A stretch of 63,585 bases of DNA, the filler included, from Octopus bimaculoides (Eukaryota), in the NCBI RefSeq assembly GCF_001194135.2. It is 3 parts of 3 records of this genome, joined end to end, with 100 filler letters (N's around TTAATTAATTAA, not from the genome) between each part and the next. Parts side by side here need not be neighbours in the genome. Positions count along the whole stretch, not along the records: positions 1 to 28,840 come from NC_068981.1; 2 more parts are not named here. The stretch is one strand, 5' to 3'. Position 1 is the first letter of the stretch. Each line of letters begins with the position of its first letter. Under the pieces are notes generated by a model. The model was given only the letters and a program-made list of their open reading frames with translations, did not search any database and had not been told where the DNA came from. Below are positions 1-10,700 of this stretch, piece after piece. A program made the position numbers and the translations under genes.

Positions 1-113
1 TCTAATATAGGATAAAAAAAATTTCCAAAAATTTCATTAAAGTGGCTACCATATTAAAATACCTTTAAAGGTGAAAATTACAAACAATTATAAATAAGGG
101 CAAAAGAAAAAAA

Positions 114-439
114 TTCTATGCCAATATGCTGAGAATAGACTTTAAATCGTCAATCACCACATACAATATACATCACTTTAAATACACATCGTGCTGAAAT
201 CGAGGAAGGCAAGCTAACAGAATTTTTTTTAATGCGTTATCTTTATATTGAATCAATTTCGGGATTAATCCAACGGATTTTTCCCTCATCAGGGAAACTG
301 ATTCAATATAGAGATAACGCATTTTTAAAAATTCTGTTAGCTTGCCTTCCTCGATTTCAGCAAGATGTGTATTTATAGTGATGTATAATGTATGTGGTGA
401 TTGGCGATTTAAAGTCTATTCTCGCATATTGGCATAGAA
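114..439. repeat. Long inverted repeat (~147-bp arms, ~33-bp spacer)
   Basis: 114-260 (ttctatgccaatatgc...gaatcaatttc) is the near-perfect reverse complement of 294-439 (gaaactgattc...gcatattggcatagaa). Confidence 0.95.
257..292 (-). ncRNA. Hammerhead-core-like motif in the palindrome loop (incomplete)
   Basis: Minus strand reads CUGAUGA-GGGA-(AAAAUCCGUUGGAUUAA)-UCCC-GAAA, i.e. catalytic core plus stem II. Stem I cannot be reconstructed. Confidence 0.45.
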
Positions 440-490
440 ATTATGATCGGTAGTGGTTACCCAAAACGGTGCCTTGCGGAACACAGCACA

Positions 491-1848
491 CTATTTGCGT
501 GTCATTGGATTGGTCCCATTGGCTACTACCACCTGACTTCTATTCTTCAGAATGTCATGAAGCCATTCTTCCAATTTTCCAACTATGCCGAGATCACGCA
601 GTGTGTGACATATCATTCCATGATCGACTTTATCAAAGGCCTTTGTAAAGTCGAGATATATCACTTCCACATTTGAGTGGTTGAGCAGCTGTTTCAGCAC
701 CCAGTCATAGTGTTGTAAGAGCTGAGTCAGGCAGCTTCTTCATGGTCGGAAACCATGTTGGGTGTCAGTCAGCAAGTCATTTTCTACAAGGAAGGGGATT
801 AGTTTTCTTCTGACTATTCGTTCCATGACCTTGCTGATGTGTGAGGTCAGAGAGATAGATCTGTAGTTTTTGGTCTCTGCTCTGCTACCGCCTTTATGAA
901 TAGGGCATATTTTACCCTCCTTCAGCTTGGTTGGAAGATTGACAGTTGCATGGAAGCTCTGAAAGAGTAACTGCAGTGGTCTTGCTAGAACTCGCTTACA
1001 AGCTTTAAGAAGGATTGCTGGGAATCCATTAGGGCCAGTAGCTGTGTTTGGGTTCATTTCATCTATAGCTCTTATTACATTATCTACCTTTATATTGATG
1101 TAATCGAACATCACTGTTTTTATATCTGGAGTGGTAAAAAAAAAGTCAGTTGGATTGCTGACTGGCAAGTGTCCTAGTGGTGGAGTGAAAATACTTTTGA
1201 ATTGCTCATTTAGTATTTCACTTATCCTCATTGGATTTCCTGTGAGTGAACCAACCATCTTTTTCGAGGAGTGGCCCTATCCTGCAGTGCACTGAAGCTG
1301 TTTCTTTGGCAAACATGTAGAAAGTTCTGGGGTTAGGTTTTATATTGTCTATAGCCCAGGCTTCTTTGTCTGCTCTTTCTTTTTCATGAGAGAGTTGCAG
1401 ATTTTTTTCAATCTCCAGCAGTTGTATTTTCAAGCGGGACTTTTTACTACTTTCAATTTGTTTGTTTAGGCAATTTGAAATTTTTGTACGCCGTCTCATA
1501 AGAATTTTCCTCTCCCTGGGAATTTTGTTCTTGTGTACAGTGGCCTTTCTCTCTGGGACACATTTGTAGCATATGGCTTGCATTACAGACATAAGTTTCA
1601 TGTTGATGTCCGGTGAGGAGAGATATTTAGGTCACTTTTGTTTGAGGATCTCTCTCAATTTGTCTCCAGTTTGCATTATGGAAGTTCAAGGTAGAAATAT
1701 TTTAAGAATTTCTTGTAGGTTGCATGTTTATGGTTTCCTTTGGTCCATACATGGTCAGCTCTACCATGTTGTGATACGAGAGTAGCGTCGGTGTCACTTT
1801 CACATTATGGATGAGATCCATATTATTTGTAAAGCAGAGATCCAGTAT
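491..1848 (-). mobile_element. CR1/L2-group LINE ORF2 fragment (end of endonuclease to RT), frameshifted
   Basis: Translations include LDLCFTNNMDLIHNVKVTPTLLSYHN, PIHKGGSRAETKNYRSISLTSHISKVMERIV, QHGFRP and YLDFTKAFDKVDHG, spread over several frames. Confidence 0.9.
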
Positions 1849-1849
1849 G

Positions 1850-2260
1850 TGAGTATGTGTGTTTGTAGTGGATGGAGGTGGTGAGAGTGGAATGATGAAT
1901 GCTGACCGAAATGTTAAGAAAGGAGAAAGGTGTCAGAGATAGTACAAAAGAAGTGGAGGGCAGGATGGAAGCATTTGACAAAAGAGAGGAATGAGTCTAG
2001 ATGTTCGCGGGAGAGTGAGGTCGCACCGATACAGTCATCAATATGACGGTCGTATAGTTCGGGAGTGGGACCAGTGAAACTTGAGAAAATTTAGGCCACA
2101 ACGTAACCAACGAACAGGTTCGCATAGTTGGGGCCTATTCTCGTTCCTATTCTCGTTCCCACTCCCGAAATCCGCTGGTAAAAATCACCAGCGAACGAGA
2201 AGCAGTTGAGTGATAGGACAAGTTCGGCCAGACGAACGAGTGTGGATGTGTCGTATTGGG
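1850..2260 (-). mobile_element. Penelope-like element RT core fragment
   Basis: [25 protein letters not shown]...[12 protein letters not shown], then YDRHIDDCIG (YxDD-like motif), HPALHFFCTISDT and TSIHYK. Confidence 0.85.
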
Positions 2261-2269
2261 GGTTGGGTA

Positions 2270-2306
2270 TACATATACATGGACATATATATATGTAAAT
2301 ATACAC

Positions 2307-2392
<86 letters not shown>

Positions 2393-2530
2393 ATATACAT
2401 GTATATGTATATATATATATGTATGTTTATATATATATATATATATACATATAGGTATATATATGTATGTATATATGTTCATGCATGTGTATTTATGTAT
2501 ATACATATGTATGCATGTATATGCATATAT
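2270..2530. repeat. (TA)n / (TATG)n microsatellite
   Basis: Direct reading of the sequence. Confidence 0.95.
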
Positions 2531-2534
2531 ATGT

Positions 2535-3130
2535 ATACGGGCGGTGTGTACAAAGGGCAGGGACGTGATCGACGCGGGCTGATGACCCGCGCCTACCGGG
2601 AATTCCTCGTTCACGGGATTGGTTCCAGGCCCCGATCCCTATCACGGGAGGTGGTTCAGAAGTTTCCCGACCCTCTCGGGCCAGGGGAGACGCGCCCGGA
2701 GGATCCTACGGGCCTTCCGTCGCCTCCATCTCGATAACACCACCCACCCCATTTTCCCTAACCTACCCCTATCCTCCTTCAAACGCGTCCGTAACCTACG
2801 CGATCTACTGGTCCGTAGTACCTTCTCCNNNNNNNNNNNNNNNNNNNNNNNNNNNNNNNCGTGGGTCAGACAGGCCGCCGGCTGGCCGACCGTTTCACCG
2901 AACACCTAAGAGACGTTCGGCTAGGTTCGGATTCCCCCATCGCCCGTCATTTCCACTTGGCCAACCACTCCCCCTCTAACATCTCCGTTTTTGGCCTCGC
3001 TCTGCACCATGGATCCATTCCCTCGCGACTCCACCTGGAACAGCGCTATATTTTCAACTTACGAACAACTTTCCCCTTCGGACTCAACACAGCTCCCTCC
3101 TCCTTGGGACTGTCTCCTCTACGACGAAGC
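2535..3130 (+). mobile_element. Penelope-like (Neptune-type) element: thumb/linker and GIY-YIG endonuclease
   Basis: [13 protein letters not shown]...FKRVRNLRDLLVRS, then after a gap VGQTGRRLADRFTEHLRDVR...PIARHF...RLHLEQRYIFNLRTTFPFGLNT. Confidence 0.9.
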
Positions 3131-3289
3131 AACACTTTTCTTCATTTTTTTTTTCCACTTTTCTTCACTTTTTTATTTTTCCTTATTGTTTTTTTTATAT
3201 TAACCCCTTCACCCCTTATCCACTCTACCATATTTCAATTATTCACTATTTTATTACAATTATTACAATTATTCAGTTATTCATCTCTT

Positions 3290-5150
3290 CCTACACGCAC
3301 ACACACAAAAAATACACGCACCCACACACACACACCATACACTTATACAAACGCACACTTGCGCATACACACACACGCAAACAAACACATACACACACAC
3401 CTATGCGTACAGACCCATGCACACATAACCCATATATACCCCCATTCACACATACCTCCCACACACCTGACATATATACCGCCCACACACCTGACAACAC
3501 GCATGACAAACATACATGCGCGCTCACACACACACATATATATNNNNNNNNNNCCGCCCACACACCTGACAACACGCATGACAAACATACATGCGCGCTC
3601 ACACACACACATATATATACACACATACACACGCAGTGATACACACACACCTACTCACACAGCCCTACACACACACACACATATATATATACGCGCATAC
3701 ATAAGACACACGCCTACACACGCCTACATACACAGTCACATACATATACCCACACACACAGGAGTACACACACGCAATAAAACACACATACTTGGCACAC
3801 ATCTTTACGCTCACACACACACATACGCACGCACACACACGTATACACACAGACATGCACACACGTACGTACACACATGCACACACACTCACTCGCACAG
3901 GCACGCACACACACCTCTGACATACACAACACACACTCACACAAACATGCATACAACTACACACACAAGGGGCATAAATGACACATGCACGTACGTACGT
4001 AAGCAAACGCATGCACACATACACAGGAACGCACATATACACAACATACACACACACACGCATGCACGAAAACATACACAATACACACATACAGACATAT
4101 ACACACACGCACACAGACACACACATACAGACACACATATACACACACGCACACGGACCTAACACTCACATTTACCACACACATCACAATCCCACACACA
4201 CACACGCGTACGCACATCCACACACATACACACACACACCCACATACACACGCACACACACATGTACATACGCACATACACACACGTACACACACATACA
4301 CACGCATACTCGCACACGCACCTCTCACAAACACAACACGCATACAATTACACACACATGGGCATAAACTACACACGCACGTACAGAAGCAAACGCACGC
4401 ACACACACACGTACACAGGAACGCACATATACACAACATACACATACAAACATATACACACACATAAAACACACACGCACGCACAAAAACATACACAATA
4501 TACATATACACACGCGCGCACGCACAAAATATACACACACATACAGACAGACGACACACATACACACACACACGCACCCAACACTTACAATCCCCCACAC
4601 ACGCGCACGCGCACGCACATCCACATCCACACACACATCACACGCGCACACACACACGCGCACACACACACATGCACAATGAACCCACATACGCACACAT
4701 GCAAATGAACCCACACATAACTCCTACAAACACACCTAGATTTACATACATGGACACACACGCAAATAAACCCACACATAACTCACATACACACACAACA
4801 AACATTAACACATACACGCACACATACTACGCATATACACGCACACACACACACGAAATAACCTACGTGCGATCCACAGAGCAAACCGCACGCATATACA
4901 CACACATATACACATACACACGCACACAAAAAATACAGGGACACACTGCTAGAAAATCACAACCACACAACACACATACTCATAAACTGTCTCCCCACTT
5001 TCTACTGACCATTGTCCACAACCACTCCCAAAATTATTCCTGCTACTCACTCCTTCCACAACGTCACACGACAAACACACACACTAACAGATAAACAGCC
5101 AAACCACACACACACACACACACACGGACCCGCGCGCACGCACACATACT
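3290..5150 (+). repeat. Degenerate C/A-rich (CA)n-derived tract with an internal ~390-bp imperfect duplication
   Basis: Strand-biased CA content. gggcataaa...acaggaacgcacatatacacaacatac recurs at ~3970 and ~4360. Confidence 0.85.
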
Positions 5151-5289
5151 TACCTCCCTCTTGCACTCTCCTGTCTTAGAAAGAACTTTTTCCTCCACCC
5201 CTTCCTCTTCCGGTCCTTCCACAATGTAACCTCGTGCATATCGGTGGCGATTTTTTCTTCCTCTGTTTTTCCCTTCTTTGGACTTTCCT

Positions 5290-5326
5290 TGTTTCCGACG
5301 AAGAGCTATGCTCGAAACGTCATATT
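5290..5326 (+). ncRNA. Minimal type I hammerhead-ribozyme-like motif (variant core CCGACGA)
   Basis: CCGACGA (5295-5301), A, stem II GAGC-UAU-GCUC, GAAA, palindromic ACGU stem III, GUC triplet; stem I imperfect (UGUUU/AUAU). Lies downstream of the Penelope GIY-YIG ORF on the same strand. Confidence 0.6.
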
Positions 5327-5530
5327 CTCTATCTTTCCTTTCCCGAGCGTCTAGTAACACAATCTGTATCACGTCCTCACGTTGTTTTTTGTTGTTGTTT
5401 TTTTGTCTTTTTCCTTTTTTGAACCTATATATATATATATATGTATGTATGTATATATATGTGTGTATGTATATATATTAACTCCTGATATTGAACTCTA
5501 CTATTTCCCTCTAATTAACTTTCTTATATC

Positions 5531-5578
5531 GTCTCTGATGAAGTAATATCCCTAATATACCAGAAAAAGCTGTAAGAC
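5531..5578 (+). ncRNA. Minimal type I hammerhead-ribozyme-like motif
   Basis: Stem I GUCU/AGAC, core CUGAUGA (5535-5541), extra A, imperfect stem II, GAAA, near-palindromic A(A)AGCUGU stem III, GUA cleavage triplet. Confidence 0.65.
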
Positions 5579-5629
5579 TACCTTTCTCTTTATAGATGTT
5601 CTATAAATTCCACACAGCCTTGGCTTTAC

Positions 5630-5872
5630 CTTATTTACATTTGACGGATATTTGTCCTCATCTTCTTTGTTGTTAACACATTTCGGCTGATATACCCTCC
5701 AGCCTTCATCAGGTGTCTTGGGGAAATTTCGAACTTGGGTTCTCATTCCTAAGATATCTTTTGATGTTGTTATTATTATTATAATTATCATTATTATTCA
5801 GGTCACTGCCTGGAATCGAACTCAGAATGTTGGGGTTAGTAGCCTGCAATCTTAACCACTACGCCATATACC
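5630..5872 (-). mobile_element. tRNA-headed SINE-like element with (AAT)n spacer and hammerhead-like motif
   Basis: Minus strand: tggcgtagtggtt (A box)...gttcgattcc (B box), (AAT)n, then GACAC-CUGAUGA-A-GGCUG...CAGCC-GAAAU-GUGUU at 5675-5717. Same family as 30046 and 53190-53986. Confidence 0.8.
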
Positions 5873-5874
5873 CA

Positions 5875-5985
5875 GGAACGAAATTTCCCCAATGAAACGT
5901 GTTAACAACAAACAAGATGAGGACAAATATCCGTCAATTGTAAATAATGTACATAATTCCTCATCTCTTAAATATAGAACAGCCT
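5875..5985 (+). mobile_element. Inverted partial 3' tail of the same tRNA/hammerhead element
   Basis: gaaatttcccca...gaaacgtgttaacaacaaacaagatgaggacaaatatccgtc...ctcttaaatatagaac matches the family tail, with an internal deletion. Confidence 0.75.
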
Positions 5986-6279
5986 TGGTTTTATTTCATT
6001 TTATTTAACATATATATGTAATCACTAATCAAGCCTAAGAATGAATACAATAATTATAATGAACCCTGGAATATCCCAAAATTATAAACATTCTTTTTCA
6101 CTCAAAGCACATCTACAATGCATTGTATTTACTTTAAATGATTATAATTGAATAATATATTTTTAAAAAAATAGTAAGATTTAAATTTTATTTTTTACAA
6201 AAACACCTTATCTAATTTCAATTAAACAGTGGTAGTTTTTTTTCCTTTCCTCTATGATTTTGCAATAACAATGAATTTG

Positions 6280-7250
6280 CTCATCTAGTCCTCAATGAAC
6301 GTTTATGCATGTCTTTTGATTTGAATCAATCTCTTGAGTGAGTTTTTTTTTCTGCTTTTTCGATTGTTTGTAACAGTTCTTCAAGTTTTTTGACTGAAAT
6401 ATCTTTGGGTGTGGTTTCCATTTCTTCTGCTTCCTTTTTATCTTCTTCGTATGCCTTTTGTTGCTTCATTCCATGAAGATTGTCGTTACTTAGTTTTAAG
6501 GGGCTATTTTTTTAAAGCAATTCCAATAATTTTCTAACATTTCCTAAATCTAATTCCTTAATTCCTCAAAGCAGTAGTCTCTTCTAATTGGAGTAATTTC
6601 ATCAATAACTTTGTTGGGATTATTTAAGCCAAAAAAATAGTGCATTCAGGAAAAAGATTCTGCCAGATTGCTCTCATGCAGCTGTCTTACTTTTTTCAAG
6701 ACTTGTGAATTTTTTCAACTGCCTGTTTAATATCAATTTTTTCCCAAAATTCTTCGAGTGGATTATCTCCAGTTATAACTTGAATTACTTGGGTGAAAGT
6801 TATTCGCATATAATATGCTTGAATGTAGAAATCACTCCTTGGTCCATTGGCTGTAGTAAAGAAGTCATATTTGGTAGTAGAGATATAACCTTCACATTGT
6901 TATTTAAATTAAGTGAGGTGGGACACCCAGGGGCATTATCTAAAATTAAAGGAACTTTGAAATATAAATTATTTTCGTTTGCAATATTTTTCAAATGTGG
7001 AATTATTCTTCAAACAATTGCTTTGTCACCCAAGCCCTTTTATTCAGTTTCCAAACCACTGAAAGAGATTGCTTGTTACAGCCTTTTAATGCTCTTGGCA
7101 GTAGCTCCGAGTAGAAGTGCTTTATAACCTGGTATCGTCACCCTTCTTCTTACCAGAAAAAGTGCTTGTTGACATTTTTTTCCAGAACAGGCCAGTTTTG
7201 TCGACATTGAAGATTTAACGGTAATCCTTCAATTATATCTGTGTGCTGAT
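6280..7250 (-). mobile_element. Tigger/pogo-like DDE transposase remnant
   Basis: IFNVDKTGLFWKKMS and LILDNAPGCP...LPNMTSLLQPMDQGVISTFK (DDE_1 motifs), with stops and frameshifts. Confidence 0.85.
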
Positions 7251-7548
7251 AAATGTTGTTTTTCACTTAGGCCAACTGTTCTTAAAAATTAAAATGATAC
7301 AAATAAATAAAATACTTTAAAAAGAAGCACCTGTTGTTTTTTTTTAATTAAAAAAGTAATCAAAATTTACATTAACTTGTACATTCTATTTTTATTGCAG
7401 TGAGACATAAGATACTATAAAAGAAAAAATCAAAGCAATAAAAAACACCGAAAATTTGTGGACTGTTGTTTTATCTTAGAGAAAAGTTATAATTATAAAA
7501 TGCAAAAAAAAAAATTAGAATGATCTAACTAATGCTTTTTTATAAAAT

Positions 7549-7738
7549 CAGCTTTGCCGTATCAGACTCCACTGAAAAAACACATCATTTTTAGAAAATC
7601 TTTTTCTGATTTTGTTTCTATATAAAATTATCATCGTCATCATCGTTTGATGATGATGATTTTATATAGAAACAAAATCAGAAAAAGATTTTCTAAAAAT
7701 GATGTGTTTTTTCAGTGGAGTCTGATACGGCAAAGCTG
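7549..7738. repeat. Near-perfect palindrome (~90-bp arms, ~7-nt loop)
   Basis: cagctttgccgtatcagactccactg...tataaaattatcatc pairs with gatgattttatataga...cagtggagtctgatacggcaaagctg. Confidence 0.95.
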
Positions 7739-7789
7739 TTTTAAAAATAGGCATGGTTCAATATGGCTATGATATTCCTTTCTACTGCT

Positions 7790-7990
7790 GCCACAAGAGC
7801 TGAAATTTTGGGGGAATGGGTCTAGTCAATTACATCGACTTCAGTGCTTGACTGGTACTTAATTTATTGACTCCGAACATATGAAAGGCAAAGTCGACCC
7901 AGGCGGAATTTGAGCTCAGAGCACAAGTGCAGGCGAAATACTGCAAAGTGTCTCGTCTGACTTGCTAACAACTCTGCCAGCTCGCCGCCT
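7790..7990 (-). mobile_element. tRNA-derived SINE, family A (ggcggcgagctggcag head)
   Basis: Minus strand ggcggcgagctggcagag...ctgagctcaaattccgcc...gtcgactttgcctttcat; many copies in the window. Confidence 0.85.
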
Positions 7991-9044
7991 CAATATGGCT
8001 ATGAAATTAGAAGTGAGAGTATTTCTGTTTCAAAGTTTTTGAGCGGTAGTTAAAAGGCAAAAAGCTTTTTTTATTCGATAATAATTTTTATAAAAAAAAA
8101 GGGGTCCAGATCTTTCCTGTAAACTCATGAAAAAAGAATAATCGGACAACACGACTTTTGGTAGAATTTCAAAATTTGTCGATTTATTTTGAATATACTA
8201 GTTAGGCAGTAGTAGGTGTAGCACACGACTTCATACCTGAAGGATTGGTGCGGAACTGAAGAGGAGGTGCTGTCAATATTTCAAAGGGTTTGTGCAAAAA
8301 TAAAACAAAAAGAAACTTATTGAAACAAGCTAATCAAATTTGACACTGCTTATAATCAAGGGGCAGTCTCAAAAATTTTTTGCACACTAATCATGGGATT
8401 CCAGTATAAATTTTGGAAATATTCGTATGCACATTTCTTGTGCCTTACTAACTACTTCAAAACAGTGCATCATAGGGGGAAACTATTTTCATTTTCAAAC
8501 CCTCTCCCATATCTCAAAGCATGTAATACTACACTTTTCAAAAAAAATGGGGGAAGGTGGAATGCTCAGAAATTCCCACCCACTCACCCAACCTCAGTGT
8601 GTGTGTGTGTGNNNNNNNNNNNNNGGGGGGGGGGGGGCTGCATGCCACTGGAAATGATATATTGTCAAAAGTTCAGACATGGTGTCCCTGATTCATTCGT
8701 TTTCCTCCGATATCAAAAAGACAAAAAATAAAAACATTTCTTACTACACTAGGCGGTCCTCAAATGACTCAGTGTGGTATGTCCACGATCACATTTAGAT
8801 TCCAGTGTGAAAATTTTATTTTCTCATCTATGTGGGAGTCAACTATCTTTGGAAAATTATTTTTCTCATTCTAGTTGTCTTTATATGCTGAAGCATTCGT
8901 TTGTGAAGCAACATAAACCCTTGAAATCATGAGCATGGCAATCCAAAAGACACTTTTAATAGTAGTCAAATCTTCTCCAACACTAAATTTAGCCATACCA
9001 TCTAAAAATAAAAGACATATTGGATAATGTAGTCCCGTTAATTA

Positions 9045-10700
9045 CACTATGTAATATGCCCTTTTGTTCTTGGGTAGTGTTATTTTTTCATTGTTTACAT
9101 TGGAAAAATATAGAAAATTACTATTTCACACTTTTGTGATTCCTATTAGACAGTGAGCAAATTCAGACATTTTCATCCACCTAAGGTCAAAAAAAATCCC
9201 TCAAAAAACAATGGATAAATCATATTTAAGATGTCTCATTAGATTATATTAAAGTTAACATAGAAGTTTGCACATGAGTGATTTTCGAGATTTGTAGTGG
9301 TATTGTAAATCCCTTTCACGTATTAGCTCCAAAATATAGTCTTCCATCATGTTTTCATTATAGCTTTTGGTGGCGTCGTTCAAAGTCCAATGTAACTTGG
9401 TAGAAACACTCGGCTTGCTCCAGTGAGAATGTTCCAGTATTCTTGAATTATCAAGATTAGTGTCAAGGATGTTAATTTTCAGAGACATTCTGGAGCCTAG
9501 AACTCAACCAACTCTACATGCGCTTGCTTAAGAATTCCCGAATCACTGCAACAAAACTTCCTACACTGCTTTCTCCCTTCCACTGAGCATCATAAATTCT
9601 GTGTACTACAGGATGTTCTTTATCTGTAGTCTAACAAAATTACCCACAATGACATTTGCTTCAGATAGCTTAGAAAAGAAATTCTAAAAGTATTCAAAAA
9701 CTACATGCTCTTAATCAAGAGCCTTAAATTATTTCACATGACCTAATTTTATGCAAAGTGAAAGAGCTTACAAATGTCTCACATTTGACGTCGTTTCTAA
9801 CTACAGAGAACTCAATCCATTGTGTTCAGTACCATCTGTGATAATGTGCCACAGAGTCTGCACTGTCCCAAAGGCAAAGATAGCCAGGAAACTTGGTAAA
9901 GCCACCTTGGAGGCTCATCAGAAATGTCTCCAGTTTGAAGTCTTCAATAAACTCTCAGGCATGCTCATTATACTCCAATCCATCTAACAAGTTCTTGACG
10001 CTATTGGATTCTTCTTTGAGATATGCAAAGTGATCCACGGAAAAAGATGGGTACTTTTTCTCATTACAAAGCATCAGTTTCGAACTGACTGGTCACATTT
10101 TGAAAAAGCAGAGTTTATTTTGACGAGTGAAGAACCTTGAAAAATCGAGTTTACGCTTTCTCACCAAAAATGTTAAACAACTTCCTTATTAAATCCTAGA
10201 AATAGATTTTTCAAGCAGTACTCGCTAAAGTGAAACAAAAATTACCAGTAAGATCAATAGATTCGTGGTGTGTGCAAGAAGGTACAAGAGGTCCACGAAG
10301 CGGTTTCAACTTTTCTTCGATCTTACTGAAGCCCGTCTTATAAACAATTCAGTTAACATTCCTTTAAATATAGACACATTATCAATTATTTCTTTCAAGA
10401 ACAATAACAAAATCTACATATCGATGGTTGATGTATATTCTTGAGCAGGAAGACGAAATTTAATAAAAGTCATTGAGTTATATGGTCGGGAATGTATATG
10501 AGATTGGATACAACTCGAAGTTGCAGCTAGCCCACTCATTAGTGGCTCATACACCATGAACAACAAATCATCTCCAATGCTCAATGTTGTAAGCATTGGA
10601 GGTCACGTTAACTTCGCAAATACTCAAGTTTCACAGCACCAATTCAAATGCAGCAACATGTTACTGAACCAGAAATGAGGAATATAACCAGGAAATTTGT
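9045..10700 (-). mobile_element. Chapaev3-like (CMC superfamily) transposase remnant
   Basis: KYPSFSVDHFAYLKEESNSVKNLLDGLEYNEH...FLMSLQGGFTKFPGYLCLWDSAD..HY, then MSLKINIL and NENMMEDY.L.LIRE. CAC-starting terminus cactatgtaa at 9045. Confidence 0.8.

Noticed and set aside
3480-3620. Direct repeats flanking 10-N gaps (also 47960-48050 and 49850-49925)
   Set aside because: Identical sequence on both sides of a minimal gap indicates unmerged contig overlap, not biological duplication.
8760-9003. Apparent minus-strand exon after a strong acceptor (DGMAKFSVGEDL...)
   Set aside because: Short frame with no recognisable domain, next to a Chapaev terminus; more likely decayed transposon sequence.
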